Positions 1-10,662 are shown, numbered from the stretch's first letter. The stretch is DNA of 64,000 bases from Nanobdellota archaeon (GCA_018815925.1 JAHIWS010000017.1:15285-79284); one strand, 5' to 3'. Notes: generated by a model not told the origin, from the sequence alone. Program-made: numbers and translations.

Positions 1-33
1 TATCTTTATATATGATTTAAATGAATTGTTTTT

Positions 34-723
34 ATGAATAGTCTCTCTTTAATCATTCCAGTCCATAATGGAGAAAAATTCATAGAAAGAAGCTTAAAAG
101 AGTATTTTGATTTTTTTACAAAAAGATTCCAAAAATTAGAGATTGTTGTTGTTTGTAACGCATGTACAGATAATACCTTCAACAAATCTTTGAATTTTTC
201 TTCTAAATTTCCTTTAAAGGTTCTAAATGTTCCAGAAAGAGGTAAAGGAAATGCTTTAATTGCTGGGTTTGGTCAAGCACAAAACGAAATAATTGGATTT
301 TTAGATGCAGATAATTCCTTTGATTTAAATGAAATTTCAAAAATGATTAGTTATTTAGAAAATGCAGATGTGGTTATAGTTTCTAAGTTTAAAAAGAATG
401 ATTTTAAACACCAAACTTCTTTAACAAGAAGATTCTTTTCTTTAGGAGCTTCTTTAGTTTCAAAAATGTTTTTTGGAATAAATGCTAGTGATACTCAAGG
501 GGGAGCAAAATTTATGAAAAGAACTGTCTGGAATAAAATAGATAAAAAATTTATTTGTAAAGGATTTGAATTTGATATAGAACTTCTTTTTAATCTCAAA
601 AAAGTAAATGCAAAAATAAAAGAATATTTTATTTTGCCAAAAACAACAGATTTCAGCACAGTAAAATTAAGAATTTTACCGGGAATTATATTTAGATTAT
701 TAAAATTAAGATTTTTAAGATGA
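34..723 (+). CDS. Family 2 glycosyltransferase, dolichol-phosphate sugar synthase-like
   Basis: N-terminal IIPVHNGEKFIERSL, DxD-like DADNS and GKGNALIAGF motifs typical of GT2 DPM1-like enzymes; first gene of the glycosylation block. Confidence 0.65.
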   Translation: MNSLSLIIPVHNGEKFIERSLKEYFDFFTKRFQKLEIVVVCNACTDNTFNKSLNFSSKFPLKVLNVPERGKGNALIAGFGQAQNEIIGFLDADNSFDLNEISKMISYLENADVVIVSKFKKNDFKHQTSLTRRFFSLGASLVSKMFFGINASDTQGGAKFMKRTVWNKIDKKFICKGFEFDIELLFNLKKVNAKIKEYFILPKTTDFSTVKLRILPGIIFRLLKLRFLR

Positions 724-1502
724 AAAAAATGCTTTTAACTTTAGATGTAGAGGAATTTGACCTCCCCTTACAGTTTAATCAAAAAATTTCTGAAAAAGAA
801 ATGTATGAAACTTCTAAAAAAGGATTAGTTTTACTTTTGAATCTTTTAGATAAATATAAAATTAAAGCAACTTTTTTTACTACTGCAAATTTTGCTAAAA
901 AATACCCTAAACTAATCAAATCTTTAATACTAAAAAAACATGAAATAGCAAGTCATGGATATTCTCATTCAGATTCTTTTCAAACAATCGATCAATTAAA
1001 AAAAGCAAAAAAAGAATTAGAAAAAATAACAAAATTTAAGATTAAAGGGTTTAGGGCTCCAAGATTTAATATACAAAATATAAATATTCTACCTGGATTA
1101 GGTTTTAAATATGATTCTTCTTTACATCCAACATTTATTCCAGGGAGATATAATAATTTTTTTAAATCAAGACAGATTCATAAAATTGGAAAGATTATTG
1201 AAATTCCCCCTTCTACAACCCCTTTTGTAAGACTGCCTTTGTTTTGGCTTGCTTTTAAAAATTTAGGAATTAATTATGCTAAGCAAACAACAAAATTTAA
1301 TTTTTTAGATTCAAAATATACAATGCTTTTATTTCATCCCTGGGAATTTACAGACATCTCAAAATTTAAGGTCCCAAATTATATAAAAAAGAATAATGGA
1401 AAAAAACTACTAAAAATATTAGAAAATTACATCTTATTCTGCTTAAAAAAAGGATATGAGTTTGATACTGTTGAAAGTTATTTGGAAAACAATAAAATTT
1501 AA
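720..1502 (+). CDS. Polysaccharide deacetylase (NodB/CE4-like)
   Basis: ATFFTTANF...HEIASHGYSH matches NodB-domain motifs; start overlaps upstream GT2 stop (translational coupling). Confidence 0.55.
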   Translation: MKKMLLTLDVEEFDLPLQFNQKISEKEMYETSKKGLVLLLNLLDKYKIKATFFTTANFAKKYPKLIKSLILKKHEIASHGYSHSDSFQTIDQLKKAKKELEKITKFKIKGFRAPRFNIQNINILPGLGFKYDSSLHPTFIPGRYNNFFKSRQIHKIGKIIEIPPSTTPFVRLPLFWLAFKNLGINYAKQTTKFNFLDSKYTMLLFHPWEFTDISKFKVPNYIKKNNGKKLLKILENYILFCLKKGYEFDTVESYLENNKI

Positions 1503-1511
1503 AAACAAGGT

Positions 1512-2339
1512 TTGGGGTCTTTTTCTATAAAAATGAATGTGGATCTTCATAATCATTTAGGTCCAAATGGGACTAACCCAGGATTTGATGAAACAATTGA
1601 TATAGCTTATTCTAGGTTAGGGGATGGAGGGATCTTTGGTATTTGTAATGATGGGCCAGATGACTCCAGATATGAAAAATTTGTAAATCAAAAACCAGAA
1701 AAATATGAAAGAATTTTTACAGATGATTTCAAAAAATATGTTTATGTTCCTCAAAAAAGAATAAGTATAGTAAAGGTTGAAGAAGTTGAACCTAGAGAAG
1801 GGCATTTTTTAGCTGTAGGTATGCCTTCAATTAAGAGAATATGGAAAAATAAAAATCCTCCAAGTCTTGAAGATGCATTAAAATCAGCAGAAGATTTTGA
1901 TGCAATTAAAATTATTGTCCATCCTTTTTCAAGAGATGGCCTTGGAGAATATCTTAATGAGAATTTTCCCCTATTAGAAGAATTTGATGCATGGGAAGTT
2001 TATAATGCGTCGGCAGAACTTTTAATTCCTGGTTTGCTTCCAAAAAATGCAAATAAAAAAGCCCAAGATTATTATAAGAATTTTATAGATCAGAATACTC
2101 CTTTAGGGTCTTTTAGCTCCATTGGAGCATGTGCATTTACAGATGGACATTCTGCAGAAGTTATTGGAACTAGTTATACAAAGATAAAAGATAATGGGGG
2201 TTTGTTTTTGTTAATGTTAAAATCAGGAATAAAACAAAATAAGAATTTTGATAATTTATATATGCAACCTGCAAAAAAAGATGCTTTAAAACATTGTTAT
2301 CATATGGCTAAACAAATTGCTTTTAAAATTCTTGCTTAA
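1512..2339 (+). CDS. Hypothetical protein, possible PHP-like metal-dependent hydrolase
   Basis: N-terminal VDLHNHL His-rich motif reminiscent of PHP/amidohydrolase metal sites; otherwise unrecognised. Confidence 0.3.
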   Translation: MGSFSIKMNVDLHNHLGPNGTNPGFDETIDIAYSRLGDGGIFGICNDGPDDSRYEKFVNQKPEKYERIFTDDFKKYVYVPQKRISIVKVEEVEPREGHFLAVGMPSIKRIWKNKNPPSLEDALKSAEDFDAIKIIVHPFSRDGLGEYLNENFPLLEEFDAWEVYNASAELLIPGLLPKNANKKAQDYYKNFIDQNTPLGSFSSIGACAFTDGHSAEVIGTSYTKIKDNGGLFLLMLKSGIKQNKNFDNLYMQPAKKDALKHCYHMAKQIAFKILA

Positions 2340-3799
2340 TTTTTCTTTAAAGAAAAATCCCTTAAATGACCTAGAACTGCTTTGAAACCTCTTAAATTTA
2401 AAATTATTTCATCTTTACTTCTCATAGCAAGCATCCTAGATAAGATATATTGAGGAGTTAGAAAAATAGTGTAAATTTTACCACAAATAGCAGCAATCTC
2501 ACTGGCTCTTGAATCTTTTGTTTTTAATACAGGTTCTCTCATATCATATCTTTCATAATCTAGGGGGTTAAATAAAAACCACTTTTTCTGTTTTGCTTCT
2601 TTCCATAAAGGGGTTCCAGGATAAGGAATTAACACAGTTGCTTGAAGTAAGCCGGCATCTCCTGATTGCATTAGTTTTTTAGCTAATTCAAGAGTCCTAA
2701 GAGCATCTTTCTTAGTTTCCCAAGGATAACCAACAATCATTGTCAAATGTACTGTTAAACCAGCTTTTTTAGCCATTTTACACCCATTTATAATGTCTTT
2801 AATTTTTACTCCTTTGTTTAATTTATCTAAGGTTATTTGGTTTCCTGATTCTAATCCAAATTTTAAAAGTCTAAAGCCTGCTTTTTTCATTAGATTATAA
2901 TCTTCTTGATTTAAGACTCCAAATCTCATATTACAAGAATATCTTATTTTTTTATTATAACCTCTTTTAATTAATCCCTTGCAAAGATCTCTTAACCATT
3001 TTCCAGTCATGAGTGTTCCAGAATCATCAAAAATTTCTTTAGCATTATATTTTTTAATTAATTCTCCAATTTCATCTAACACGTTTTTTACACCCCTGAC
3101 TCTAAATTTAGGAAAAAGAGTTGGCCAAGCACAAAATTTACATTTTCCCCACCAGCAATCTCTTCCAGACATTATATAAAAATATGGTTTTCTACTTATG
3201 TTATATTCTGTTTGATAAAGCCACCATTTTGTTAAACTTCTATCAGTAAAAGGGAGTTCATCAAGATTGTGTTTTAATTCAAATTTTCCAGAGCTTACAA
3301 TCTTATTTTTTTCTCTGTAATAAATGCCTTTTGGAATTTTTTTAATTTTTCCCTCTAGGAAATCAATTAAACCATCTATTAAAAAATCAAAATCTCCCCC
3401 ACAGAGAATAAAATCAATTTTTGAATTTTGCAGAGATTCTTTAGGCAAAGAAGTTACATGGTCTCCCATTAAAATTATTTTTAATTTTGGAAATTTTTCT
3501 TTTAATTTATTAATTGTTTTCCAATGCTGTTTTATTACAGGAGTCTTGGTTTCAAATGCAAAAAGATCTGGTTTTTCTTTTTTAATTATTTTTTCAAATT
3601 CAGACCAATTTATTCCTTCTGCAACACAATCTAGCCATTTTACCTTATGTCCTTTGAATTTTAATAAACTAGCTGCACTCCCTAAAACAACAGGGTAGAG
3701 ATAAGAAGCATTGCTGAACCACTGAAATTGTCTGTTTTGTGATAACAAAGCTATTCCTTTTTCAGATTCTGTGGGAGGATAACCAATGAGAATTTTCAT
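2336..3799 (-). CDS. B12-binding-domain radical SAM-like protein (variant CX4CX2C cluster motif)
   Basis: N-terminal Rossmann-like B12-binding-type region (KILIGYPP...GHKVKWLDC); Cys triad RDCWWGKCKFC; 487 aa; located inside the glycosylation locus. Confidence 0.5.
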   Translation of the reverse strand: MKILIGYPPTESEKGIALLSQNRQFQWFSNASYLYPVVLGSAASLLKFKGHKVKWLDCVAEGINWSEFEKIIKKEKPDLFAFETKTPVIKQHWKTINKLKEKFPKLKIILMGDHVTSLPKESLQNSKIDFILCGGDFDFLIDGLIDFLEGKIKKIPKGIYYREKNKIVSSGKFELKHNLDELPFTDRSLTKWWLYQTEYNISRKPYFYIMSGRDCWWGKCKFCAWPTLFPKFRVRGVKNVLDEIGELIKKYNAKEIFDDSGTLMTGKWLRDLCKGLIKRGYNKKIRYSCNMRFGVLNQEDYNLMKKAGFRLLKFGLESGNQITLDKLNKGVKIKDIINGCKMAKKAGLTVHLTMIVGYPWETKKDALRTLELAKKLMQSGDAGLLQATVLIPYPGTPLWKEAKQKKWFLFNPLDYERYDMREPVLKTKDSRASEIAAICGKIYTIFLTPQYILSRMLAMRSKDEIILNLRGFKAVLGHLRDFSLKKN

Positions 3800-3835
3800 T
3801 TAAATTTTTTAATCAAAGTCTTTTTTAAACTTTAT

Positions 3836-4819
3836 TTATCTTATATTTAGACCTCTATTAGCTTGTATATTCTTATTCTTAAAAAGAATTCCATAAATCC
3901 ATCCAAAACCATAGTAAAAATGAGTTAAGATTGTGGTGGTTGTTATCCAGAAAGTTATATTAATATTTTTGTGGATGCTTGTAGAAAATATAATAAGCAA
4001 ATAAATAAGCATTAAAAATAAAAAAATAACTTTAATAATTGAAGAAAAAAAAGACAAAATAATACCTCCAACAACTCCTAAAGTAAATATGCTTAATACA
4101 GAGTAATAGAATTTATCAAGAGTAAATTTTTTTTTAGATAACCATGCGATATCTCTTCCATAAATAAACATCTGTTTTAAATGTTTTTTTAAGGTATCTC
4201 TTCTATGGTGAAACACAACAACATCTTTAGCATATAAAATTTTATACCCTTGATCTTCTACTTTAAAACAAAATTCAGAATCTTCAGCAGTTAAAAAAGA
4301 GGGATCATATTTTGGAGAAATTTCTTTTCTTGAAATATAGTTGCAAGATGGAAGTTCTTTCACAAAACAATTTTTACTTTTTTTGTACCTTACACAGGCA
4401 TCTCCACTTGTCCAAAAATTAGAAAGTACATACCCTGAAATTTTTTCCCAGAAATTTCCTTCAGTAGGTGTCAGATTTGGGCCACCAACAATCCCAATTT
4501 TTTCTTCTTTAAAATATTGCATTGCATTTTTAAGCCAATCTTTTTCAGGATAAGCATCAGAATCAATAAATGCAAAAAAATTCCCTTTAGATTTTTCCAT
4601 ACCAAGATTTCTCTTAAAAGCTGGTTTAACAGGGCCTGTTTCTATTATTCTTAATTTTTTATCTTTATATTTTTTTGAAGCTTCTCTATCAATTGTGTCA
4701 GGAAGAATTAAAATTTCAAAATCTTCATAATCTAATTTTAAACATTTAATAATACATTTTCCAGTCATAAAGTCTATTTCTCTACAAGGAACTATTATTG
4801 AGACTTTTTTCATTCCCAT
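3836..4819 (-). CDS. Family 2 glycosyltransferase with C-terminal membrane anchor
   Basis: VSIIVPCRE...FIDSDAYPEKDW GT2 motifs; C-terminal hydrophobic segments. Confidence 0.65.
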   Translation of the reverse strand: MGMKKVSIIVPCREIDFMTGKCIIKCLKLDYEDFEILILPDTIDREASKKYKDKKLRIIETGPVKPAFKRNLGMEKSKGNFFAFIDSDAYPEKDWLKNAMQYFKEEKIGIVGGPNLTPTEGNFWEKISGYVLSNFWTSGDACVRYKKSKNCFVKELPSCNYISRKEISPKYDPSFLTAEDSEFCFKVEDQGYKILYAKDVVVFHHRRDTLKKHLKQMFIYGRDIAWLSKKKFTLDKFYYSVLSIFTLGVVGGIILSFFSSIIKVIFLFLMLIYLLIIFSTSIHKNINITFWITTTTILTHFYYGFGWIYGILFKNKNIQANRGLNIR

Positions 4820-5742
4820 CCTTTATTTTTTATGCTTAAAAAACTTCCTATAATTGCTGGAATAATTCCATAAAGAATAAAAGTTAAAAGAGACATAGAA
4901 AAAACTTTAGCACTTCCAAGCCCAAACAACGAAAAGAGGGTGATAAGTGTTGCTTCTCTTGTTCCTAAACCATTTATGGTTATAGGTATTAAAGCTATTA
5001 TCGTTCCTATTGAAAGGATAGCAAGAAAATAATAAAAAGGAAGATTTATTCCTAAAGAAACCCCTATAATGTAAGTTACAAAATATATTACAATCCAATT
5101 AAACATATTAAAAACAGAAAAAAGAAGGAACTCTCTTTTTTTTGGAATTTTTTCATAAAAAGAATCAAAAGCTTTTCTAGCTCTTTCTTTTATTTTTTTT
5201 GGAACCAAATATATATAAAAAATTCTTAATATTGGTTTACTTCTGTCTTTTTTTATAAATAACAAAAAAAGTAAGATCCCTGTAAGGAAAATAGTTATTA
5301 AAAGGGATATTGGAATAATTTCTAAGTCTTTTCCAATTAAAATAGAAAAAATTATTGCTAAAAAGAAGATAGAAAAAATATCTAAAAATTTATCTAAAAC
5401 AAAATTACTAAAACCCCTCCCCCTATTTTGAGTATATTTTTTTAAATATTCCACTCTCAAAATTGTTCCTAGTTTAGAAGGAGTAATAAAAGAATAAAAA
5501 TTAGTTATAAGGTTTATCTTAAATGCATCTTTGAAAGGTATTTTTATTTCTTGTTTTCTAGCTATTACAAACCATTTTAGGGTTTCAGTGATAAGTACAA
5601 GAAATACAAAAAAAAGAGCAATAAATAGTAAAAAAAGATTAGCATTTTTTATTTCTTGAATAATTTCTGAGAGATCTAATTTAATTAAAAGATATATGAA
5701 AATTAAAATTCCTATAAGTGGAAGAAATCTTTTAATTTTCAT
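4810..5742 (-). CDS. UPF0104 / LPG-synthase-TM family membrane protein (flippase-like)
   Basis: Polytopic membrane protein with GLGTREATLITLFSLFG motif typical of PF03706; often paired with GT2 genes in archaea. Confidence 0.5.
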   Translation of the reverse strand: MKIKRFLPLIGILIFIYLLIKLDLSEIIQEIKNANLFLLFIALFFVFLVLITETLKWFVIARKQEIKIPFKDAFKINLITNFYSFITPSKLGTILRVEYLKKYTQNRGRGFSNFVLDKFLDIFSIFFLAIIFSILIGKDLEIIPISLLITIFLTGILLFLLFIKKDRSKPILRIFYIYLVPKKIKERARKAFDSFYEKIPKKREFLLFSVFNMFNWIVIYFVTYIIGVSLGINLPFYYFLAILSIGTIIALIPITINGLGTREATLITLFSLFGLGSAKVFSMSLLTFILYGIIPAIIGSFLSIKNKGWE

Positions 5743-6746
5743 GTAAATAAAACCCCTCTAAAAAAAACTAATGATAATCCTATTAATATTAATTGGAATA
5801 AAAAGATTAAATAAACAACATCTTTTTCATAAACTCTTTTTTTAATTTTACTAAGGATAAGAATAAAAAGGTGTGTTAAACTATAAATTTTTTTATATGG
5901 CATTTCTAAAAAACCTTCTTTATTTGGTTTACCATAACATTGTTTTACCAACCTACCTCTTATTGTTAGGATTGTTTCAATTATATAGGGGATAAAGATA
6001 AAGATGGCAATTTTTTCAAAATTTCCTAAAATAGCCATAATTGCTATTAATGCCCCTATACTATATGTGAGAACATCTCCGGGAAAGACTTGTGCAGGAT
6101 ATTTATTAAAAAAATAAAAAGCCAATAATGAAACAACCATACACAATCCAAGAATTGATAACCAAGTACTTCCAGTTTTATAGGAAACAAAGGATAAAAA
6201 ACCAATTATTAAGACTCCTTGTCCTGCTTCTAATCCATTAAAACCAGCAAGAAAATTATAACTAATTGTAGCACCTAAGATTCCAAGCGGAATAAGAAAT
6301 AAGGGGTATATTAAACCAAGATTTGTGTGTCCAAAAAAGGGAATTAATACTTGATGTACTCCTGCATTTATAACTATCAAAGGAATTGTACCCCCCAGAA
6401 CCAAAAAGATTCTTGTTTTTTTTCCAAGACCTATTTTCCATCCAAAAAAATCATCCATAATTCCAACATAAGAAATTATTATTATTGAAGTTGTCAAAGC
6501 AAAAATTTCAGTTAAATTTGTTAGGTCTTTAAAATAAAAAGTTTTTATAGCAATGTAAATCAACACACCAATAAGAAAACCTAAAATTACAATTATTCCT
6601 CCAGATTCTGCTATTTCTAATTTACTTAACTTATTCAAATCTTTGCCTGTTAACCTAGTCTTTTTTGCTTTTTTTATCCAGGATGGTAAAACTAACATAG
6701 TTACAAAAAAACTTGTTAATAAGGGGATAAATAAGAGTGATTGCAT
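5739..6746 (-). CDS. aglH: UDP-GlcNAc:dolichyl-phosphate GlcNAc-1-phosphate transferase-like GT4 (AglH/MraY/WecA family)
   Basis: GIMDDFFGWK and NFLAGFNGLEAGQG motifs of the MraY-like polyprenyl-phosphate hexose-1-P transferase family; polytopic. Confidence 0.65.
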   Translation of the reverse strand: MQSLLFIPLLTSFFVTMLVLPSWIKKAKKTRLTGKDLNKLSKLEIAESGGIIVILGFLIGVLIYIAIKTFYFKDLTNLTEIFALTTSIIIISYVGIMDDFFGWKIGLGKKTRIFLVLGGTIPLIVINAGVHQVLIPFFGHTNLGLIYPLFLIPLGILGATISYNFLAGFNGLEAGQGVLIIGFLSFVSYKTGSTWLSILGLCMVVSLLAFYFFNKYPAQVFPGDVLTYSIGALIAIMAILGNFEKIAIFIFIPYIIETILTIRGRLVKQCYGKPNKEGFLEMPYKKIYSLTHLFILILSKIKKRVYEKDVVYLIFLFQLILIGLSLVFFRGVLFT

Positions 6747-6784
6747 TTTTTGAAATAGTTTTAATATTTTTTAAATATCACCTA

Positions 6785-9709
6785 TTATAATTTCCATTTA
6801 ATGTATTTGGAAGCATCTTTATCTAGATATTCTTCACGGATTTGTTCTTCTCCAGTATATTCTATTTCCCATATTTTAATTGGGCCTTGGATTCCTTGAT
6901 AATAGATAAATTCAGGAAGATTCATCCCTTGATTACGTAATTGATCAATAATAAGGTTTTGTTCAGAATGAACTAATTCAAAGTTTTGGAATTTTTTTAA
7001 AGGATCATCTAGGATATATATTTGAGCCACCATGCCCCTCATTAATCTGGGGGAAATGTACATTGCAGCCCCAAGAACATTAGATGTTAAACTTTGTCCT
7101 TGTTGTTTCATGGCTGGGAAAACATAAATTGCTGCTTCAATACCAGATTTAAAATCAACAAATTCTCCAGATATAGAAAGATATCTTAAGTTTACTTGGT
7201 ATTGTTGTCCTTGATAAACCATTATTACATAAGGTTGGGAAAATGTGGTTTTATTTTCTTTTTTTTCTACAGAAAGAATTATTGCTCCTGCTCCTGCTTG
7301 TTGTGCTGGAAGTAATATCTCTTTGTCATCCTTTGTTATTATTAAATCTTCATCCAATGCACTTCCTCCAGAATAAACATAAATAGTTTGATTTTTGGTT
7401 TCATGTGTTTGTTTTTCATCTTGTAAAAAGACCCCAATCCAAGAATATCTATCATAATTTTCATCACTTCCAATGCTTGAATAAGCCCCATATTTACCAA
7501 TATCTGAAGAATCAATTAGAAGATGTGTTGCATTATGGTTATATAAAAATTCCAAAGCATTTTTTTGATTATCTCCTGTTAACACATGCCTGCCCATCAA
7601 GTAGTTCCAATAAGTGATTGCATTTCCCCCATCTAAGACAGTAGCTCTATTTCCTATGCTTTGGACCCAATATCCATAATCCCACCAATGTGAAAATACA
7701 GCATCTTGTGGTGTTTCATCTCTAACCCATTGCATTGCTTTTTGCCATTGTTGGTTATAATAAGATGGTATAAAATTATATGCTTGTACTTTTATTGTTT
7801 TATAAAAATTCCAAAAAACAAACATACTCAATATAAGTATTATAATAATAAATACTCCTATAAATAGCTTTTGAGTTTCCTCATTTGTTTTTTTAAATTT
7901 GTCAATTGATTCAACAATAAGATAAGAAACAAAAATAGGAGCAATTGGAGCTAAAACCATTGTAAGCCTTACAGCACCTCTTGCACTAAACAAACATAAA
8001 ATAAATAAAACAAACAAAAATAAATATTCATAAGAAATTTGTTGAAAATTATTATTCCCTTCCTTGTAATATTTATCATAATAATAAATTAAAACACCTA
8101 TTAGAAGTATAGCAGAAAGATAATAAAAGCTTTTACTTATAAAATTTTCACCATTTAAAATACTTGATGAAGAATATCTCGAAAAAATCATACCAAATAA
8201 AAATAAAATGTAAAATCCAGTTAAAACCCAATTATCTTTATTTTTTATCTTATTCAACATTTTTCTAAATAAAACTATAGAACCGATTATAAATGACCAA
8301 AATAAGATAGGGATATTTTTAATAAAAGGACCAAAACTTGATCCCCATTCTGTAAAAAAAGGTTGCCTATTTTCAGCAACAGTTGTGTTCCATCTCCCGA
8401 TTACAGGCCTAAACATTGTTTGATGAATTGCTTTTATTTTACTAATAATAAAGTCAGGACCAAAAAAAATCAAGGCAAAAAAGAAAATCAAAACTATTGC
8501 AATAATTAAAGAGATAATTGTCTTTGGAAATTTTAGATTTTTTAGAAATTTTATGTTCCCTAATTTTGTATTGTTGAGGATAAAATGAACAGTCATAATA
8601 AAAAAAACTAAAAAAACCAAGCCTGTATTTATTGATGTAAGGAGACTAATCAATGAAAATTTATTTGTAAGGAGAAGCAATAATGAAAAAGAAGTAAAAA
8701 ACCAAAGAGTGTATATTAAAAATTCTTTTTTATTTATTTTGTTTAAAATAAAAGCAATCAAGTTTGTAGCAGAAATAACAATAAAAATATACATTACCCC
8801 TCCCCAAATTAGCCCCATACAAGCAGTAGAAATTCCTGCTAAAATTGTTAGGATAGAAGCTTTTTTTATTTTTTCAGTTTTCCAAGCTTTTAAGAAAAGA
8901 TAAAATGTAAGAAACATAAAAAAGAAAGCAGCTGATTCTTTTTCAGGAATACCTGCAACTGTTCTTGATAAGAAAACAGGAATAACAATCATGAAAAATG
9001 TGGAAATCAAGGCTATAGTATTAGCTTTAAGTATGCTTTTTTTGGAATTTTTTATAAAAATTTCTCTAACAAACAAAAAGAAAGAGATTATTGTTAATGC
9101 AAACATTATTACAGGAAAGATAACCCCTGCAAGTTCAATATTAGCCTCCATGAAAATATTTAATATGTGGTAAGTCCAATCTATCAGGCGTGGGAGAAGC
9201 ATAGATTCTTTACTCATATCAAATCCCAAGGGAACATTTCTCATCATATCTATTTTTGGTAATGAACCTTCTTCAACAATAATTTTAGCATATCTTTCAA
9301 ATAACCAAGGATCTAAGTCAGGTCCAAGAGTCCAAGTATTTGTTGTTATATCCCATAAACCTGGTGTGCCTCCATGATCTTGCATCGGAAGGCTTCTAAT
9401 ATAAATCCCTAAAATTAATGCAATGATTAATACACCCATAACCCAGATTTGTTTATTTTTTAAAAAATTAATTATTTTCTTTTTTCTTTCCTCTATTTCG
9501 TCTTTTGGTTCAGTTATTTTAGTTGTTATAGGCAATTCTGAAACAGCTTCTGAAATTTTTTCTTCTTTTTCTGCTATTTCTAGATTTACTACTTCTTGTT
9601 TTGGAACACTTTTTTGTATTTCTTTACTTATATCTTCAGAGTACTCTTTTTTTTCCTTAGTGCCTGAAGTTTTATCTTTAGGTGCTTGTTCTTTATTTTC
9701 TCCAATCAT
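6785..9709 (-). CDS. aglB: Oligosaccharyltransferase AglB (STT3 family)
   Basis: 974 aa; polytopic N-terminal half with large C-terminal soluble domain carrying the hallmark WWDYGYW motif. Confidence 0.85.
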   Translation of the reverse strand: MIGENKEQAPKDKTSGTKEKKEYSEDISKEIQKSVPKQEVVNLEIAEKEEKISEAVSELPITTKITEPKDEIEERKKKIINFLKNKQIWVMGVLIIALILGIYIRSLPMQDHGGTPGLWDITTNTWTLGPDLDPWLFERYAKIIVEEGSLPKIDMMRNVPLGFDMSKESMLLPRLIDWTYHILNIFMEANIELAGVIFPVIMFALTIISFFLFVREIFIKNSKKSILKANTIALISTFFMIVIPVFLSRTVAGIPEKESAAFFFMFLTFYLFLKAWKTEKIKKASILTILAGISTACMGLIWGGVMYIFIVISATNLIAFILNKINKKEFLIYTLWFFTSFSLLLLLTNKFSLISLLTSINTGLVFLVFFIMTVHFILNNTKLGNIKFLKNLKFPKTIISLIIAIVLIFFFALIFFGPDFIISKIKAIHQTMFRPVIGRWNTTVAENRQPFFTEWGSSFGPFIKNIPILFWSFIIGSIVLFRKMLNKIKNKDNWVLTGFYILFLFGMIFSRYSSSSILNGENFISKSFYYLSAILLIGVLIYYYDKYYKEGNNNFQQISYEYLFLFVLFILCLFSARGAVRLTMVLAPIAPIFVSYLIVESIDKFKKTNEETQKLFIGVFIIIILILSMFVFWNFYKTIKVQAYNFIPSYYNQQWQKAMQWVRDETPQDAVFSHWWDYGYWVQSIGNRATVLDGGNAITYWNYLMGRHVLTGDNQKNALEFLYNHNATHLLIDSSDIGKYGAYSSIGSDENYDRYSWIGVFLQDEKQTHETKNQTIYVYSGGSALDEDLIITKDDKEILLPAQQAGAGAIILSVEKKENKTTFSQPYVIMVYQGQQYQVNLRYLSISGEFVDFKSGIEAAIYVFPAMKQQGQSLTSNVLGAAMYISPRLMRGMVAQIYILDDPLKKFQNFELVHSEQNLIIDQLRNQGMNLPEFIYYQGIQGPIKIWEIEYTGEEQIREEYLDKDASKYIKWKL

Positions 9710-9801
9710 TTTAGATTATATGAAAGAAAATTAACCTCTATATAAAGATTTCTTATAAAAAAAAGGTAGGTGTTTGTATCTTATCTACTTACAAAAAATT
9801 A

Positions 9802-10662
9802 TTAATTAAATATTAAAGGAGTAATATAAACTTCTATTGTTGCAGCAAGAAGTAAGAGAACAATTGCTACAAAAAGCAAGATAATTGTGTTTTCTAAAAC
9901 CCTTAGAAATTGAGGGCTTTTTATTCCATTTTTAAGAATTCCAACTCCAAAAATTCCGCCAGCTAAAGCAGTTACAAAATATGCTGCAATTTCAGGAAAT
10001 CCATGAATCATATACCGCGCTATTCCAAGAGGTATTTGAGTTAATTGGTATTTTGTGAATATACCTATTGCTGCAGAAATTACACTTGCATTCCATGCTA
10101 AAACAAATATAGCTCCAGCTCCAAAGAGCAGTGAAAAAACCAGCGTGAAAATCATAACATAAACATTGTTTTCTATTATTGAAAAAAATCTTTTTCCATG
10201 TGTTGCAGCTCCTGTAGAAGTTATTTTTTCTGTAGGAGAATACCTAACAAAACAATCTTCAATATTTCCAGGACTATTTATCATGCAATAGGTTTTTATT
10301 TGGGCATTAAATAATTCATTATTATTCAATATAGGGTGCCAAAATGCAAAAGCAATTATAAAACCTAGAAAAAGCCACATAAAACCATAAAGAGCATCAC
10401 TATGTATTTTCCAGACACTAAAAAAGCCCTCTACTTGTTCATCTTCCTCCTCCTCTTGCTTTATCATATAATACATAAAAGGTAAAGAAAACATAACAGC
10501 AAAAGTTACAACAATTATTCCTGAAAATTTAGATAAAACAGGATCTCCAGCAAAAAACCAGTGTACTAATAAAAGTGAAAGTGAAGCATAGACAAGCCCT
10601 ATAAAAAACATTTTCCAAGGACCTTTCTCAGCTCTTTTTGGATTAATTAAAGATTCTAACAT
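9802..10662 (-). CDS. SpoIIM-like (DUF95) family membrane protein
   Basis: Multi-TM protein with ARYMIHGFPEIAAYF motif resembling the stage II sporulation protein M family. Confidence 0.45.
   Translation of the reverse strand: MLESLINPKRAEKGPWKMFFIGLVYASLSLLLVHWFFAGDPVLSKFSGIIVVTFAVMFSLPFMYYMIKQEEEEDEQVEGFFSVWKIHSDALYGFMWLFLGFIIAFAFWHPILNNNELFNAQIKTYCMINSPGNIEDCFVRYSPTEKITSTGAATHGKRFFSIIENNVYVMIFTLVFSLLFGAGAIFVLAWNASVISAAIGIFTKYQLTQIPLGIARYMIHGFPEIAAYFVTALAGGIFGVGILKNGIKSPQFLRVLENTIILLFVAIVLLLLAATIEVYITPLIFN

Noticed and set aside
2979-3698. ORFs 2979..3179 and 3324..3698 (+), 4341..4553 (+), 4907..5098 (-), 7405..7617, 8709..8903, 8991..9173 and 9423..9734 (+)
   Set aside because: Embedded or antisense within the radical SAM, GT2, flippase-like and AglB genes. 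Low-complexity translations.
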